The notes under the pieces: generated by a model
Told to the model about the DNA's origin: nothing
What the model saw: the letters and a program-made list of their open reading frames with translations, nothing else
Database searches by the model: none
From: Bacteroidota bacterium
Lineage (GTDB): Bacteria > Bacteroidota > Bacteroidia > Flavobacteriales > BACL11
Assembly (NCBI GenBank): GCA_036141595.1
Contig: JAYZXD010000018.1
Location: 1,388-65,387 of the forward strand
Length of the DNA: 64,000 nucleotides
Reading direction: 5' to 3'
Translations under genes and position numbers: made by a program
Shown here: piece by piece, positions 19,201-26,999 of the stretch
Position numbering within the stretch: position 1 is the first letter of the stretch
How the letters are laid out: the number at the start of each line of letters is the position of its first letter

Positions 19201-21506
19201 CAGGTTGGGTTTTTAATGGAAACAGTGGATTATATAGCTATCAAATTAAATGTCATGGAGATAATTCTGGATTTGCAGATTTAGTTGTTAACGGAGGAAC
19301 AGGTCCATTCATAAAAAGTATGTATGATGCGGTGACAGGCACATTAATTAATTCCACATATGCAAATTCTTTTAACGATATCTATGCAGGAGAATATGTT
19401 TTTGAAATAGCTGATATAAATGGATGTATTTACTCAGAAAATATTTTATTTAGTCAGCCAGATCCAATTTCCCATTCATTTGTTCCAACTCATGTTTCGT
19501 GTGAGGGTTGGAATAATGGTTCGTTAACAGACATTGTTACTGGAGGCGTTGGAAATGCAAGTTCTTATGATTATATTTGGAATACAGGAGATACTACATA
19601 TACAATAAATGATTTAAGTGTTGGAACATATACGATAACCGTACATGATGAAAATAATTGTGTTTCAAATGCATCATTTATTATTAATGATGACAATGCA
19701 CTTGCTGTAATTTCATCTTCACAAGATGTAACTTGTTTTGATTATTGCGATGGAGAAATTACAGCTTTGGTTACAGGAGGAGCGCCTAATTTTGATATAA
19801 ATGGAAACCCTGTATATTTCTATTCTTGGAATGATATTTTATCTCAAACGACTGAAACAGCTGTTGGATTATGTGTAGATAATACAACAAATAGTACTGA
19901 ATATACTTGTTTAGTATCAGATGCTCAGGGTTGTATAGATTCTATTGTTGTATCAATAAATCAACAACCTAAGCTTGAGGTTACTGTAATCGTTACATCA
20001 AACTACAATTTACAAGATATTTCATGCTATGGTGCAAGTGATGGGTCATTACAAGCTTCATCAGTTGGAGGAAATTTACCCTACGATTATTTTTGGTCAA
20101 ACAATTTTGATCAATTTAATGTCTTAACATCTAACAATACGAATTTAGCCGCAGGAAATTATACTGTAAATGTAAAAGACAGTAAGGGTTGCATGGACAC
20201 TACATCAATAACACTATCTGAACCATCTGAAATGATGCTAACGGTTTCCCAAACAAACGTTAATTGTTATGAGATTTTTGATGCATCAATTACTGCTGAA
20301 GCAAGTGGAGGAACTCCTTTTAATGGGATTCCGCAAACGTATAGTTACTCATTCTCTAGTGGTTATAGTGATCAAATTGATATATCAACAGATAATAACT
20401 TGTCACCGGGGATTTACACCGTTACGGCTATCGATCAAAATGGTTGTTCAATAGAATCAGAATCAATTTATATTTCTCAACCATCCGAGGCTTTAACATT
20501 AGAGTTAGATATTGAACATGAAAGTTGTAATGCAAATGATGGTGAAATAAATTCACTTGTTGAGGGTGGTACCACTCCATATAGTTATTTGTGGAGCACG
20601 GGCCAAAATACATCAACACTTAACTCTCTTTCACCAGGAATTTATTATTTGGAAGTAGTTGATAATAATGGGTGTGTTGTTTATGATACAGCTAGAGTTA
20701 TTGCTAGCGATGAAGTATTTTTACCTGGAAATATTTCATCTTTTGACACCACAATTTGTCTTGGATCAGATTTTGTTTTAAATGTCGATGAAAAACTAGG
20801 ATTCACATACGTATGGTCACATGAAAATGAAATTATCTTAAATAAAACAGTTAATAGTATTATAAATGACCAGGCTGATATTATTGTAACACCAACCAAT
20901 GTTTTGGATATATACACATTAACTGTTACAGATCCTTTATGTGCATCATCTTTTGATATAACAGCAAAAGTAAATGTTAATTTTATTGATCCATTAATTA
21001 CTTCAAATCCTGGTGTTGAGTATGGTGATTATCCAGTTATTTTATCTGGTGAAAATATACAACTGTCCTCAGGTAATATAAATTGTGATGAATATAATTG
21101 GCAATGGGATGACAATAGTGAAGTTAATAATAATGGAGATCTTAATGTATATAATTTAGAATCTTCTGGCTGGTACTACTTATATGTTACAGATTCTTAT
21201 GGCTGCGAAGGCTATGATTCAATTTATGTAGTTGTTGGAGTGTTACCATATGATGCGATTACACCTAATAATGACGGATATAATGACACATGGTCTCCAA
21301 TAGATATTGAACAATACGAGAATGCATTAGTGCAGGTATTTAATAGGTGGGGAGGATTAGTTTTTGAATCTGTTGGTGGAGAACAATACACTCCCTGGGA
21401 TGGAACTAATAATGGTGAAGAACTCGTAGTTGGAACATATTATTATATTATTGACTTGAATACGGGAGATGAACCTCAAACAGGTCCAGTAACAATTATT
21501 AGGTAA
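16299..21506 (+). CDS. giant secreted cell-surface protein: FN3 domain, about 16 SprB-type repeats and a T9SS type-B (gliding-motility-associated) C-terminal domain
   Basis: Signal peptide ends LTA|Q. An FN3-like domain spans 16362..16616. Cys-containing repeats of 75-95 aa follow the pattern C.G..DG.I......GG..P(Y/F).YS........F..L..G.Y.V.V.D.NGC........L.EP. The C-terminus (about 21243..21503) reads ITPNNDGYNDTW...VFNRWGGLVFES...WDGTNNGEELVVGTYYYIIDL...GPVTIIR, typical of the type-B T9SS sorting domain. Confidence 0.9.
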   Translation: MKKIFLLTTLILLFCSAILTAQPINLSTSNVTASGAVLAWDASTCSGNVVLHYKEVTASWPGNSVNPAVSPFSLSSLSANTDYEWRVKCAGTSGPNAWSNTQQFTTSSSGPTIDSAFITQPILCFGGFANDEMQININQTVPSTSYSCVIGFYAGATTYFISYESTNQTSATQLNLNAFNPNVSYFVRLVDSTAYYNGNGGTASGSSTVGVYDEFGPLLFTQPPQLTATTSVVSSNQCTGDCIAEETLLVSGGTGPYSFTVNSGAAINLPSGTSTYSFVALCNGTYDIIATDSNGCSTSPSTTSFTIAPISPISPNGTVTVFNQNGFNVSCNGANDGSIFASASGGTGTFTYSLDGVNFQSSPTFSALSAGTYTVTYKDANGCIETEVLTLNEPPPLSGTASVSQDVDCYGFATGQLIFLVDQAQPGTPAYQYSLNNGLSYQSSNIFTALLGDSTYDVMIEDNNGCQYTSSVYLAQPTQINYLSILSDYNGFNISCNGLSDGDILLSANGGAAGFTYSIDGNNFQTSGSFNGLSAGNLTVVYKDTNGCTATEQVTLIEPGVFTIPFTVSNNILCPEDCTGAISINPSNSVGQVLYSLDSGIQQTTPFYSGLCGDITQGSYNLNAIDENGCIANTIFSINEPPAFVYTTSSTDESCSPPDGQAQIDVTAGGTGGLSYSWNTNPQQNTFVANNLSSGNYLVTVTDGNGCSFSESVSVGFSPAFSLNFTTVSPCLGPNSGSATVFSSGAIGNLSYQWSDNNGPIATGLTATLNNVPTGTYFVNVTDATGCAISASVDIDDPINPIKFDTILISQNSCYGVDDAQIEVVASGGQQPYLYSNGSLTSPQINPVFGLLAPNSYTITVTDDNGCFVDTIIDIIYPDLLEIDSTHFTNVSCYGAEDAEILAIDVLGGTAPFEYSVNGSTHYTNMAYFNGYGPGTYTVEVYDINNCVAADYIIINEPDELLVDITTSGWVFNGNSGLYSYQIKCHGDNSGFADLVVNGGTGPFIKSMYDAVTGTLINSTYANSFNDIYAGEYVFEIADINGCIYSENILFSQPDPISHSFVPTHVSCEGWNNGSLTDIVTGGVGNASSYDYIWNTGDTTYTINDLSVGTYTITVHDENNCVSNASFIINDDNALAVISSSQDVTCFDYCDGEITALVTGGAPNFDINGNPVYFYSWNDILSQTTETAVGLCVDNTTNSTEYTCLVSDAQGCIDSIVVSINQQPKLEVTVIVTSNYNLQDISCYGASDGSLQASSVGGNLPYDYFWSNNFDQFNVLTSNNTNLAAGNYTVNVKDSKGCMDTTSITLSEPSEMMLTVSQTNVNCYEIFDASITAEASGGTPFNGIPQTYSYSFSSGYSDQIDISTDNNLSPGIYTVTAIDQNGCSIESESIYISQPSEALTLELDIEHESCNANDGEINSLVEGGTTPYSYLWSTGQNTSTLNSLSPGIYYLEVVDNNGCVVYDTARVIASDEVFLPGNISSFDTTICLGSDFVLNVDEKLGFTYVWSHENEIILNKTVNSIINDQADIIVTPTNVLDIYTLTVTDPLCASSFDITAKVNVNFIDPLITSNPGVEYGDYPVILSGENIQLSSGNINCDEYNWQWDDNSEVNNNGDLNVYNLESSGWYYLYVTDSYGCEGYDSIYVVVGVLPYDAITPNNDGYNDTWSPIDIEQYENALVQVFNRWGGLVFESVGGEQYTPWDGTNNGEELVVGTYYYIIDLNTGDEPQTGPVTIIR
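16965..20708 (+). repeat. protein-level tandem array of about 16 divergent SprB-like repeats inside the adhesin gene
   Basis: The (V/I)SC.G..DG...GG.G...YS...G.Y.V...D.NGC motif recurs with a period of about 80 aa from aa ~223 to aa 1470. The nucleotide sequences of the units are diverged, so this is not a perfect DNA tandem repeat. Confidence 0.8.
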
Positions 21507-21522
21507 CGTGAAAATTTTAAAT

Positions 21523-22434
21523 ATGAAAAAAATATATGTTTTATTATTGACAATCTTTTTTGTTAATATTTTGTATTCTCAACAATTACCTCAGATTACT
21601 CAATATATGAACAATAGCTATGCAATAAACCCCGCTGTGGCAGGAATGCATGATTATTATCAAGTAAATACAATAATTAGAAATCAATGGTCCGGTATTA
21701 ATGATGCACCAAGAACAAACCTTATTAGTATCCACGGAAAACATAATGAAAATATAGGTCTTGGAGGTATTATTTACAGCGATATTACTGGACCTACTAG
21801 TAGAATAGGTTCAGCCGTATCTTACACATATAAATTGTCATTAAATAAAAACATGGATCTCTCTTTTGCTTTACAGGGAGGATTTACTCAGTTTAAAATA
21901 ATAAAAGACTTACAAACTGAACACATCAATGATCCATTATTGCAAGGAGGGGATATTGTTAGAACATTGCCTGACGCAACTTTTGGAATTAATTTAAGTG
22001 GAAGTAATTGGTATTTTGGAGCGGCTTTACCTCAACTATTAAGTTCCGAACTGAATTTAATGGATGATGATGTCGCAAAATTATATGATCAATACAGTAG
22101 TGACGGTAAGCTGGCTAGGCATATTTATATTTTAGGTTCGTATATATATAAAATTAATCCTAACATATCATTAGAACCAAGCCTTTTTGTAAAAGCAGTT
22201 GAGGGTGCATCTACGCAGATTGATTTTGGTGTTAAGTCAGAATATAAAGATTTAGTTTGGTTAGGAATGAATTATCAAGCCAATAATGAGTTGTCATCTT
22301 TAGCTGTTTTATTTGGATATAATATTAATAATAGATTCAATATTGGATATTCATATGCATTACCTAGTTCAACATACAGTAGTTACTATTCTGGTTCACA
22401 TGAGTTCATGCTTTCGGTTAAATTAGTGCAGTAG
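21523..22434 (+). CDS. PorP/SprF family type IX secretion system membrane protein
   Basis: Signal peptide ends LYS|Q and is followed by the family-typical QQLPQITQYMNN start. The protein is a beta-barrel-like sequence of about 300 aa. The ORF track starts at a GTG (21508), 1 nt after the adhesin stop. The ATG at 21523 gives a better signal peptide. Confidence 0.85.
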   Translation: MKKIYVLLLTIFFVNILYSQQLPQITQYMNNSYAINPAVAGMHDYYQVNTIIRNQWSGINDAPRTNLISIHGKHNENIGLGGIIYSDITGPTSRIGSAVSYTYKLSLNKNMDLSFALQGGFTQFKIIKDLQTEHINDPLLQGGDIVRTLPDATFGINLSGSNWYFGAALPQLLSSELNLMDDDVAKLYDQYSSDGKLARHIYILGSYIYKINPNISLEPSLFVKAVEGASTQIDFGVKSEYKDLVWLGMNYQANNELSSLAVLFGYNINNRFNIGYSYALPSSTYSSYYSGSHEFMLSVKLVQ

Positions 22435-22460
22435 ATAAAGAAAACACATTATAAATTAAA

Positions 22461-22496
22461 AAACCTCCATAATTGTATTTTATGGAGGTTTTTTTA
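22461..22496 (+). terminator. rho-independent terminator downstream of the PorP/SprF gene
   Basis: Perfect 12-bp stem aaacctccataa (22461..22472) / ttatggaggttt (22480..22491) with a 7-nt loop, followed by a T-run and preceded by an A-run, so the shape is bidirectional. A second weaker hairpin, gttgtata/tatacaac, lies at 22501..22526. Confidence 0.8.
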
Positions 22497-22651
22497 TGTT
22501 GTTGTATAGTGTTAGTTTTATACAACCCAAAACAAGTATTACGACAATGCAATAATAAAACATATAATAATGACAAATCATTATTGATTATTATAAATGT
22601 CAACATCTTTATGTTAATTTTATTTTGATACATTGTTTAATTAACATATCA

Positions 22652-22659
22652 TATCTTTG
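22652..22659 (+). promoter_or_regulatory. -7 element upstream of the glycosyltransferase gene
   Basis: TATCTTTG ends 34 nt before the ATG at 22694. TTG triplets at 22625..22627 and 22633..22635 are candidate -33 elements. Confidence 0.35.
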
Positions 22660-22693
22660 TAATAAGTTACAACATATTTTTATTTATAATAAT

Positions 22694-23791
22694 ATGAAAA
22701 TAGCAATACTAGGTACAAGAGGTATTCCAAATAATTATGGTGGCTTTGAGCAATGTGCTGAGTATTTATCTATTGGTCTTGTTGAAAAGGGACATGAAGT
22801 TACTGTTTACTCTCCACATTTTCATCCATTTAAAAATGATTATTATAAGGGGGTAAAGATTGTAAAAAAAAGAAGCCCCAAAAATTTTTTTGGTAATTCA
22901 GCATCTAATTTTATTTATGATTATATATGTTTTAGGCATGCTGTAAAGCAGGACTTTGATATTATTCTACAGTTGGGCCTAATAACATCTTCTTTGTCAA
23001 TAATTTTATGTAGACATAGAAGAAAGGTTGTTGCAACAAATATAGATGGATTAGAGTGGAAACGTGAAAAATGGAGTAAATTGGTTCAAAATATTACAAA
23101 AAGACTTGAAAAATATGGTATAAAATTTTCAGATTATCTGATTGCAGACAATATAGGAATTAAAGAATACATTAAAAAAGAATATGACAGAACTGCTGAA
23201 TTTATACCTTATGGTACTCTGAAGCCAAAAAAATTTAGTACTGATATTTTAGACTATTATAAGATGAAAGTTAAGTCTTATTATTTATCAATTGCAAGAC
23301 TAGAACCCGAAAATAATTTAGAAATGATGTTTGATGCATATCTTTTAAGCAAAAGTAATGTTCCGTATTATTTTATAGGCAAACATACTACTAGATATGG
23401 AGATTATTTAAAAGATAAATATAGAAATAAAGGAATAATATTCTTAGGAGCTATATACGATAAGGAACATTTAGATAATATTAGATATTATTCAAAGCTA
23501 TATGTTCACGGCCATTCTGTGGGGGGAACCAACCCTTCTTTACTTGAAGCTATGGCTGCTAGCGCATTAATCGCCTCTCATGATAATAAATTTAACCGAT
23601 CAGTTTTAAAAAACAATGCTTTTTACTTCTCCACACCCCAGCAGTTAAGTCTAATATTTAGTAAAAAATATACCAACACACAAAGGCTGATTCAAAATAA
23701 TATTGAAGAAATAAATAACAATTATAGATGGCCTTTAATTGTTGATCAATATGAAAAGTATTTTAAAAAAATACTTAATTTAGTTAATTAA
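22694..23791 (+). CDS. glycosyltransferase (GT4-like, DUF1972-type N-terminus)
   Basis: MKIAILGTRGIPNNYGGFEQCAEYL N-terminus, ARLEPENN and GGTNPSLLEAMA motifs. The ORF-track start (22625) lies upstream of a -7 promoter motif, so the ATG at 22694 is preferred. Confidence 0.75.
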   Translation: MKIAILGTRGIPNNYGGFEQCAEYLSIGLVEKGHEVTVYSPHFHPFKNDYYKGVKIVKKRSPKNFFGNSASNFIYDYICFRHAVKQDFDIILQLGLITSSLSIILCRHRRKVVATNIDGLEWKREKWSKLVQNITKRLEKYGIKFSDYLIADNIGIKEYIKKEYDRTAEFIPYGTLKPKKFSTDILDYYKMKVKSYYLSIARLEPENNLEMMFDAYLLSKSNVPYYFIGKHTTRYGDYLKDKYRNKGIIFLGAIYDKEHLDNIRYYSKLYVHGHSVGGTNPSLLEAMAASALIASHDNKFNRSVLKNNAFYFSTPQQLSLIFSKKYTNTQRLIQNNIEEINNNYRWPLIVDQYEKYFKKILNLVN

Positions 23792-24913
23792 AAACATATC
23801 AGAAGATATCTGATCAGCAAATAGTTTGCCTTTACTACTTAATTTAAAAATGCTTTTTTCATTTTTAATATAGTTTTTATTAAGCCATTTTTTGATTGCT
23901 TTTAAAAACTTTTCTTTGTAGGATCTGCCAAATCTGTGTTCAATTATTTTAGTATCAACCCCCCAAATTGTTCTGAAATTTGTCATTAAATATTCATTGT
24001 AATGTTGTTGTTTGGATAGGTGTTCAATTGTAAAATAATTAATTGATTTATTGTTTATGCCTTCAATGTATTTTTTATTTGATGAAACATTCCATTTTCT
24101 TTGTTTGCCATCAAATGAGTGTGCTGAGGGACCCACACCAAGATATATTTTGTTTTCCCAATATGCAGAATTATGTTTTGCCAAAAAACCTGCTTTTGCA
24201 AAATTTGATATTTCGTAGTGTATATATTTGTTTTCTTTTGCAAAATCTTCTATTAAATAAAATTGTTCGTTAACTTTATGGTCTTGCAATGGAATTATTT
24301 TTTTTGTTTTTATTAAATGAAATAATTTAGTTTTTTTCTCAATTGTGAGGCCATAGGCTGCAAAATGCTTAATTTTTAATTCATTTATAATCGAAAGATT
24401 TCTTTGCAAAGCATCTATTTTTTGGTTTGGTAGACCATACATTAAATCAACACTTATGTTTTCAAATCCATTTTGCTGAGCTATAGTTATGCTATTATAT
24501 GCTTTTTCTGCATTATGTGGTCTATTCATAAATTCTAATTCAGAATTATTAAATGATTGTACACCAATACTTAGCCTATTAATTCCCATTTTTCTGTAAG
24601 AAACAATTTTATTTGTTGTTATATCCTCTGGATTACATTCAACTGTTATTTCTACATTTTTTTTAACTTTAAAGTTTTGATAAATTAGAATAATTAAATC
24701 TTCTAACTCTTTTTCATTTATAATTGATGGTGTGCCGCCTCCAAAATAAATTGTCTTGACTTCTTTGTTATTGAAATAATTAACATTTTCAAGTAATTCA
24801 ATTTTTATAGATTTAATTATTTCAGTTCTATCTTGTTGTGAGATTTTAAAATAAAAATCGCAATAACTACATCTTTGTTTACAATATGGTATATGTATAT
24901 AAATTCCGGCCAT
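23780..24913 (-). CDS. hemW: radical SAM heme chaperone HemW (coproporphyrinogen III oxidase-like)
   Basis: IHIPYCKQRCSYCDF (CxxxCxxC) radical SAM motif, YFGGGTPS, about 377 aa. Confidence 0.88.
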   Translation of the reverse strand: MAGIYIHIPYCKQRCSYCDFYFKISQQDRTEIIKSIKIELLENVNYFNNKEVKTIYFGGGTPSIINEKELEDLIILIYQNFKVKKNVEITVECNPEDITTNKIVSYRKMGINRLSIGVQSFNNSELEFMNRPHNAEKAYNSITIAQQNGFENISVDLMYGLPNQKIDALQRNLSIINELKIKHFAAYGLTIEKKTKLFHLIKTKKIIPLQDHKVNEQFYLIEDFAKENKYIHYEISNFAKAGFLAKHNSAYWENKIYLGVGPSAHSFDGKQRKWNVSSNKKYIEGINNKSINYFTIEHLSKQQHYNEYLMTNFRTIWGVDTKIIEHRFGRSYKEKFLKAIKKWLNKNYIKNEKSIFKLSSKGKLFADQISSDMFLIN

Positions 24914-24973
24914 TTGCTTTCAAATAAGTTCTTCAAATTAAGCATATTTAGTTAATAAAATTAATCCTTTTAG

Positions 24974-24981
24974 TATTTTTG
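24974..24981 (+). promoter_or_regulatory. -7 element immediately upstream of msrBA
   Basis: TATTTTTG ends only 4 nt before the ATG at 24986. Confidence 0.3.
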
Positions 24982-24985
24982 TTGA

Positions 24986-25807
24986 ATGAATGAAAAATAC
25001 TTAAAAAGCTTATCAGAAGAAGAAAAATATATTTTAAGAGACAAAGGAACTGAAAAACCTTTTTCGGGTGTATATAATGATTTTTATGATGCTGGTGTTT
25101 TTATATGCAGAGCGTGTAAGTCTCCATTATATGAGTCTAATACAAAATTTAATTCTGGATGTGGTTGGCCATCTTTTGATGATCAGATTGATGGGGCTAT
25201 TAATTGTTATGAAGACCTAAGTGGGGGAAGAGTTCGTACTGAAATTTGTTGCGCAAAATGTGATGGGCATTTAGGTCATGTTTTTTATGGAGAAAACCTT
25301 ACAATAAAAAACACACGACATTGTGTTAATTCACTTAGCATACAGTTTAAAGCTTATAAAAATTTAGAATTATCGACACTTGCAGGAGGTAATTTTTGGT
25401 ATTTAGATAAGTTATATAGAAATTTAACAGGAGTATATCTACTACATGTTGGGTATATGGGTGGTAAGATTGAACATTCAACATATGAGCAAGTACAATC
25501 GGGAAAAACAAATCATTCTGAAGTTGTTCAAATATACTTTGAACCATCTATTATTTCATATGAGCATATTTTAAGTATTTTTTTTAATCATTGTGTTTTT
25601 TTAAATAAAAAGTTAAAATTGGTTAATAATTGGCATAAACCGATTATTTATTTTAACAGTAAAGAACAGAAAGAACAGGCAGAGAACTTATTATCTAATC
25701 ATAGTGCAAAAGCTAGTTGTTTAGCTACAATACAAGTAAAAGCTGAAACAGTTTTTTTTAGAGCTGAGGAACAACATCAAAATTACATCAACAAAAAAAA
25801 CGTATAA
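24986..25807 (+). CDS. msrB: MsrB-MsrA fusion protein: intact methionine-R-sulfoxide reductase domain plus an MsrA-like domain lacking the catalytic Cys
   Basis: The MsrB half has CRAC and CAKC zinc pairs, SGCGWPSF and catalytic RHCVNS. The MsrA half aligns to GCFWG...GYTGG...HAEAV...ISYE..L but reads GGNFWY (Asn codon at 25391..25393) and NWHKPIIY where QYRSAIY is expected. Confidence 0.85.
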   Translation: MNEKYLKSLSEEEKYILRDKGTEKPFSGVYNDFYDAGVFICRACKSPLYESNTKFNSGCGWPSFDDQIDGAINCYEDLSGGRVRTEICCAKCDGHLGHVFYGENLTIKNTRHCVNSLSIQFKAYKNLELSTLAGGNFWYLDKLYRNLTGVYLLHVGYMGGKIEHSTYEQVQSGKTNHSEVVQIYFEPSIISYEHILSIFFNHCVFLNKKLKLVNNWHKPIIYFNSKEQKEQAENLLSNHSAKASCLATIQVKAETVFFRAEEQHQNYINKKNV

Positions 25808-26998
25808 CTATTTTTTGGGTAGCTTAATTGCAAAAGTAGTTCCAACACCTTTTACAGATCTCAAAACATAAATTTTACCTTTATGGTATTCTTCAATAAT
25901 TCTTTTAGAAAGAGAAAGCCCTAATCCCCACCCTCTTTTTTTTGATGTAACACCAGGTTTGAAGATATTTTGAGCAATCGACGGACTGATTCCATCACCC
26001 TCATCGGAAATATTAATTATAACATGAGATTTATTAGAGTTTAATTCCATTAAAATCTCACCACTTCCTTTCATCGCATCTACAGAGTTTTTACAAATGT
26101 TTTCTATCACCCAATTTAACAGCACTGTATTGGCGTTAATTATTACATTTTTTTCTTTAGCCAACACTTTTATTTTTATTTTTTTAGGCAATCTTGATTC
26201 TAAATAAAAAACAGCTTCATTTAAAAGATTATAAATATTTATTTGTTTTAATTCGGGACGAGAACCTATTTTTGAAAATCTATCAGTTATTGTTTCAAGA
26301 TGAAAAATATCTTTTTCCATTTTATTAAGTAAGCCAGGTTCTATTTTTTTTTCTTTTAATAATTCTAACCAGGCCATCAGCGATGATATTGGAGTGCCTA
26401 GTTGATGAGCGGCTTCTTTAGCCATGCCTGCCCATACCTGATTCTGTTCAGACCTTCTGGATGAGCTAAAAATAAAATATGCAATTATTATAAAAACCGT
26501 AATGAAGCCAAGTTGGTAGAGAGGATAAAAACGTAAACGATTAAGCATTCTAGAATCTTTATAATAAACCAATTGTTTATCTCCGTTTGGTAGGTTAACC
26601 TTAATAGGGTCATAACCGTTATTTTTGATTTTTGATAATTGCTTTTGAAGAAAATCATCAGTAATGGCCTTTGGTTTAATTATACCAATACTAATTAAAA
26701 AACTATCTATTTTAGTATAAGTTTGAAAATTTCGATATAGTAAAATCTGATTTTTTTCATCAACTAACATTACAGGGATACTATTATTATCTTGAATTAT
26801 TTTACTTACAAAGGGGTCTGGTGTATTATTATTTATCTGATAGTCAATGGCTTTTGCCATAAGCTCAGCTTTTTCTCTTTCTTCTTTTTCAAGTTCATTA
26901 ACTAAAATATTAGTTACAAAAAGAGAGATTACGCCGATTAATAAAGCAGCTGCAATTAGTATAAATTTCCACCTTTGCTTTTTTACGTATATATCCAT
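25808..26998 (-). CDS. sensor histidine kinase (two TM helices, HisKA + HATPase_c), no adjacent response regulator
   Basis: H-box EAAHQLGTPISSLMAWLELL, N-box NSVDAM, G-boxes SDEGDGI and GWGLGLSLSK. A start at ATG 26998 (MDIYVKKQRWKF) abuts the upstream gene stop (27000). The ORF track gives 27025. Confidence 0.85.
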   Translation of the reverse strand: MDIYVKKQRWKFILIAAALLIGVISLFVTNILVNELEKEEREKAELMAKAIDYQINNNTPDPFVSKIIQDNNSIPVMLVDEKNQILLYRNFQTYTKIDSFLISIGIIKPKAITDDFLQKQLSKIKNNGYDPIKVNLPNGDKQLVYYKDSRMLNRLRFYPLYQLGFITVFIIIAYFIFSSSRRSEQNQVWAGMAKEAAHQLGTPISSLMAWLELLKEKKIEPGLLNKMEKDIFHLETITDRFSKIGSRPELKQINIYNLLNEAVFYLESRLPKKIKIKVLAKEKNVIINANTVLLNWVIENICKNSVDAMKGSGEILMELNSNKSHVIINISDEGDGISPSIAQNIFKPGVTSKKRGWGLGLSLSKRIIEEYHKGKIYVLRSVKGVGTTFAIKLPKK

Positions 26999-26999
26999 A

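Noticed and set aside
16965-20708. I considered whether the periodic repeats in the adhesin are a DNA tandem repeat or a CRISPR-like array.
   Set aside because: The periodicity is at the protein level (units of about 80 aa with conserved Cys/Gly positions). The nucleotide units are divergent and in frame within one ORF, and there is no repeat-spacer structure.
17006-20917. Short alternative-frame and antisense ORFs lie inside the adhesin gene (17006..17215, 17272..17466, 20269..20454, 20428..20619, 20681..20917).
   Set aside because: They are contained in a 5.2-kb ORF with coherent domain architecture, and none has a recognisable signature.
22418-22633. A 71-aa minus-strand ORF lies in the PorP/SprF-glycosyltransferase gap.
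   Set aside because: It spans the strong hairpin terminator and the promoter-like region, overlaps the PorP/SprF stop, and has no motifs. It is most likely non-coding.
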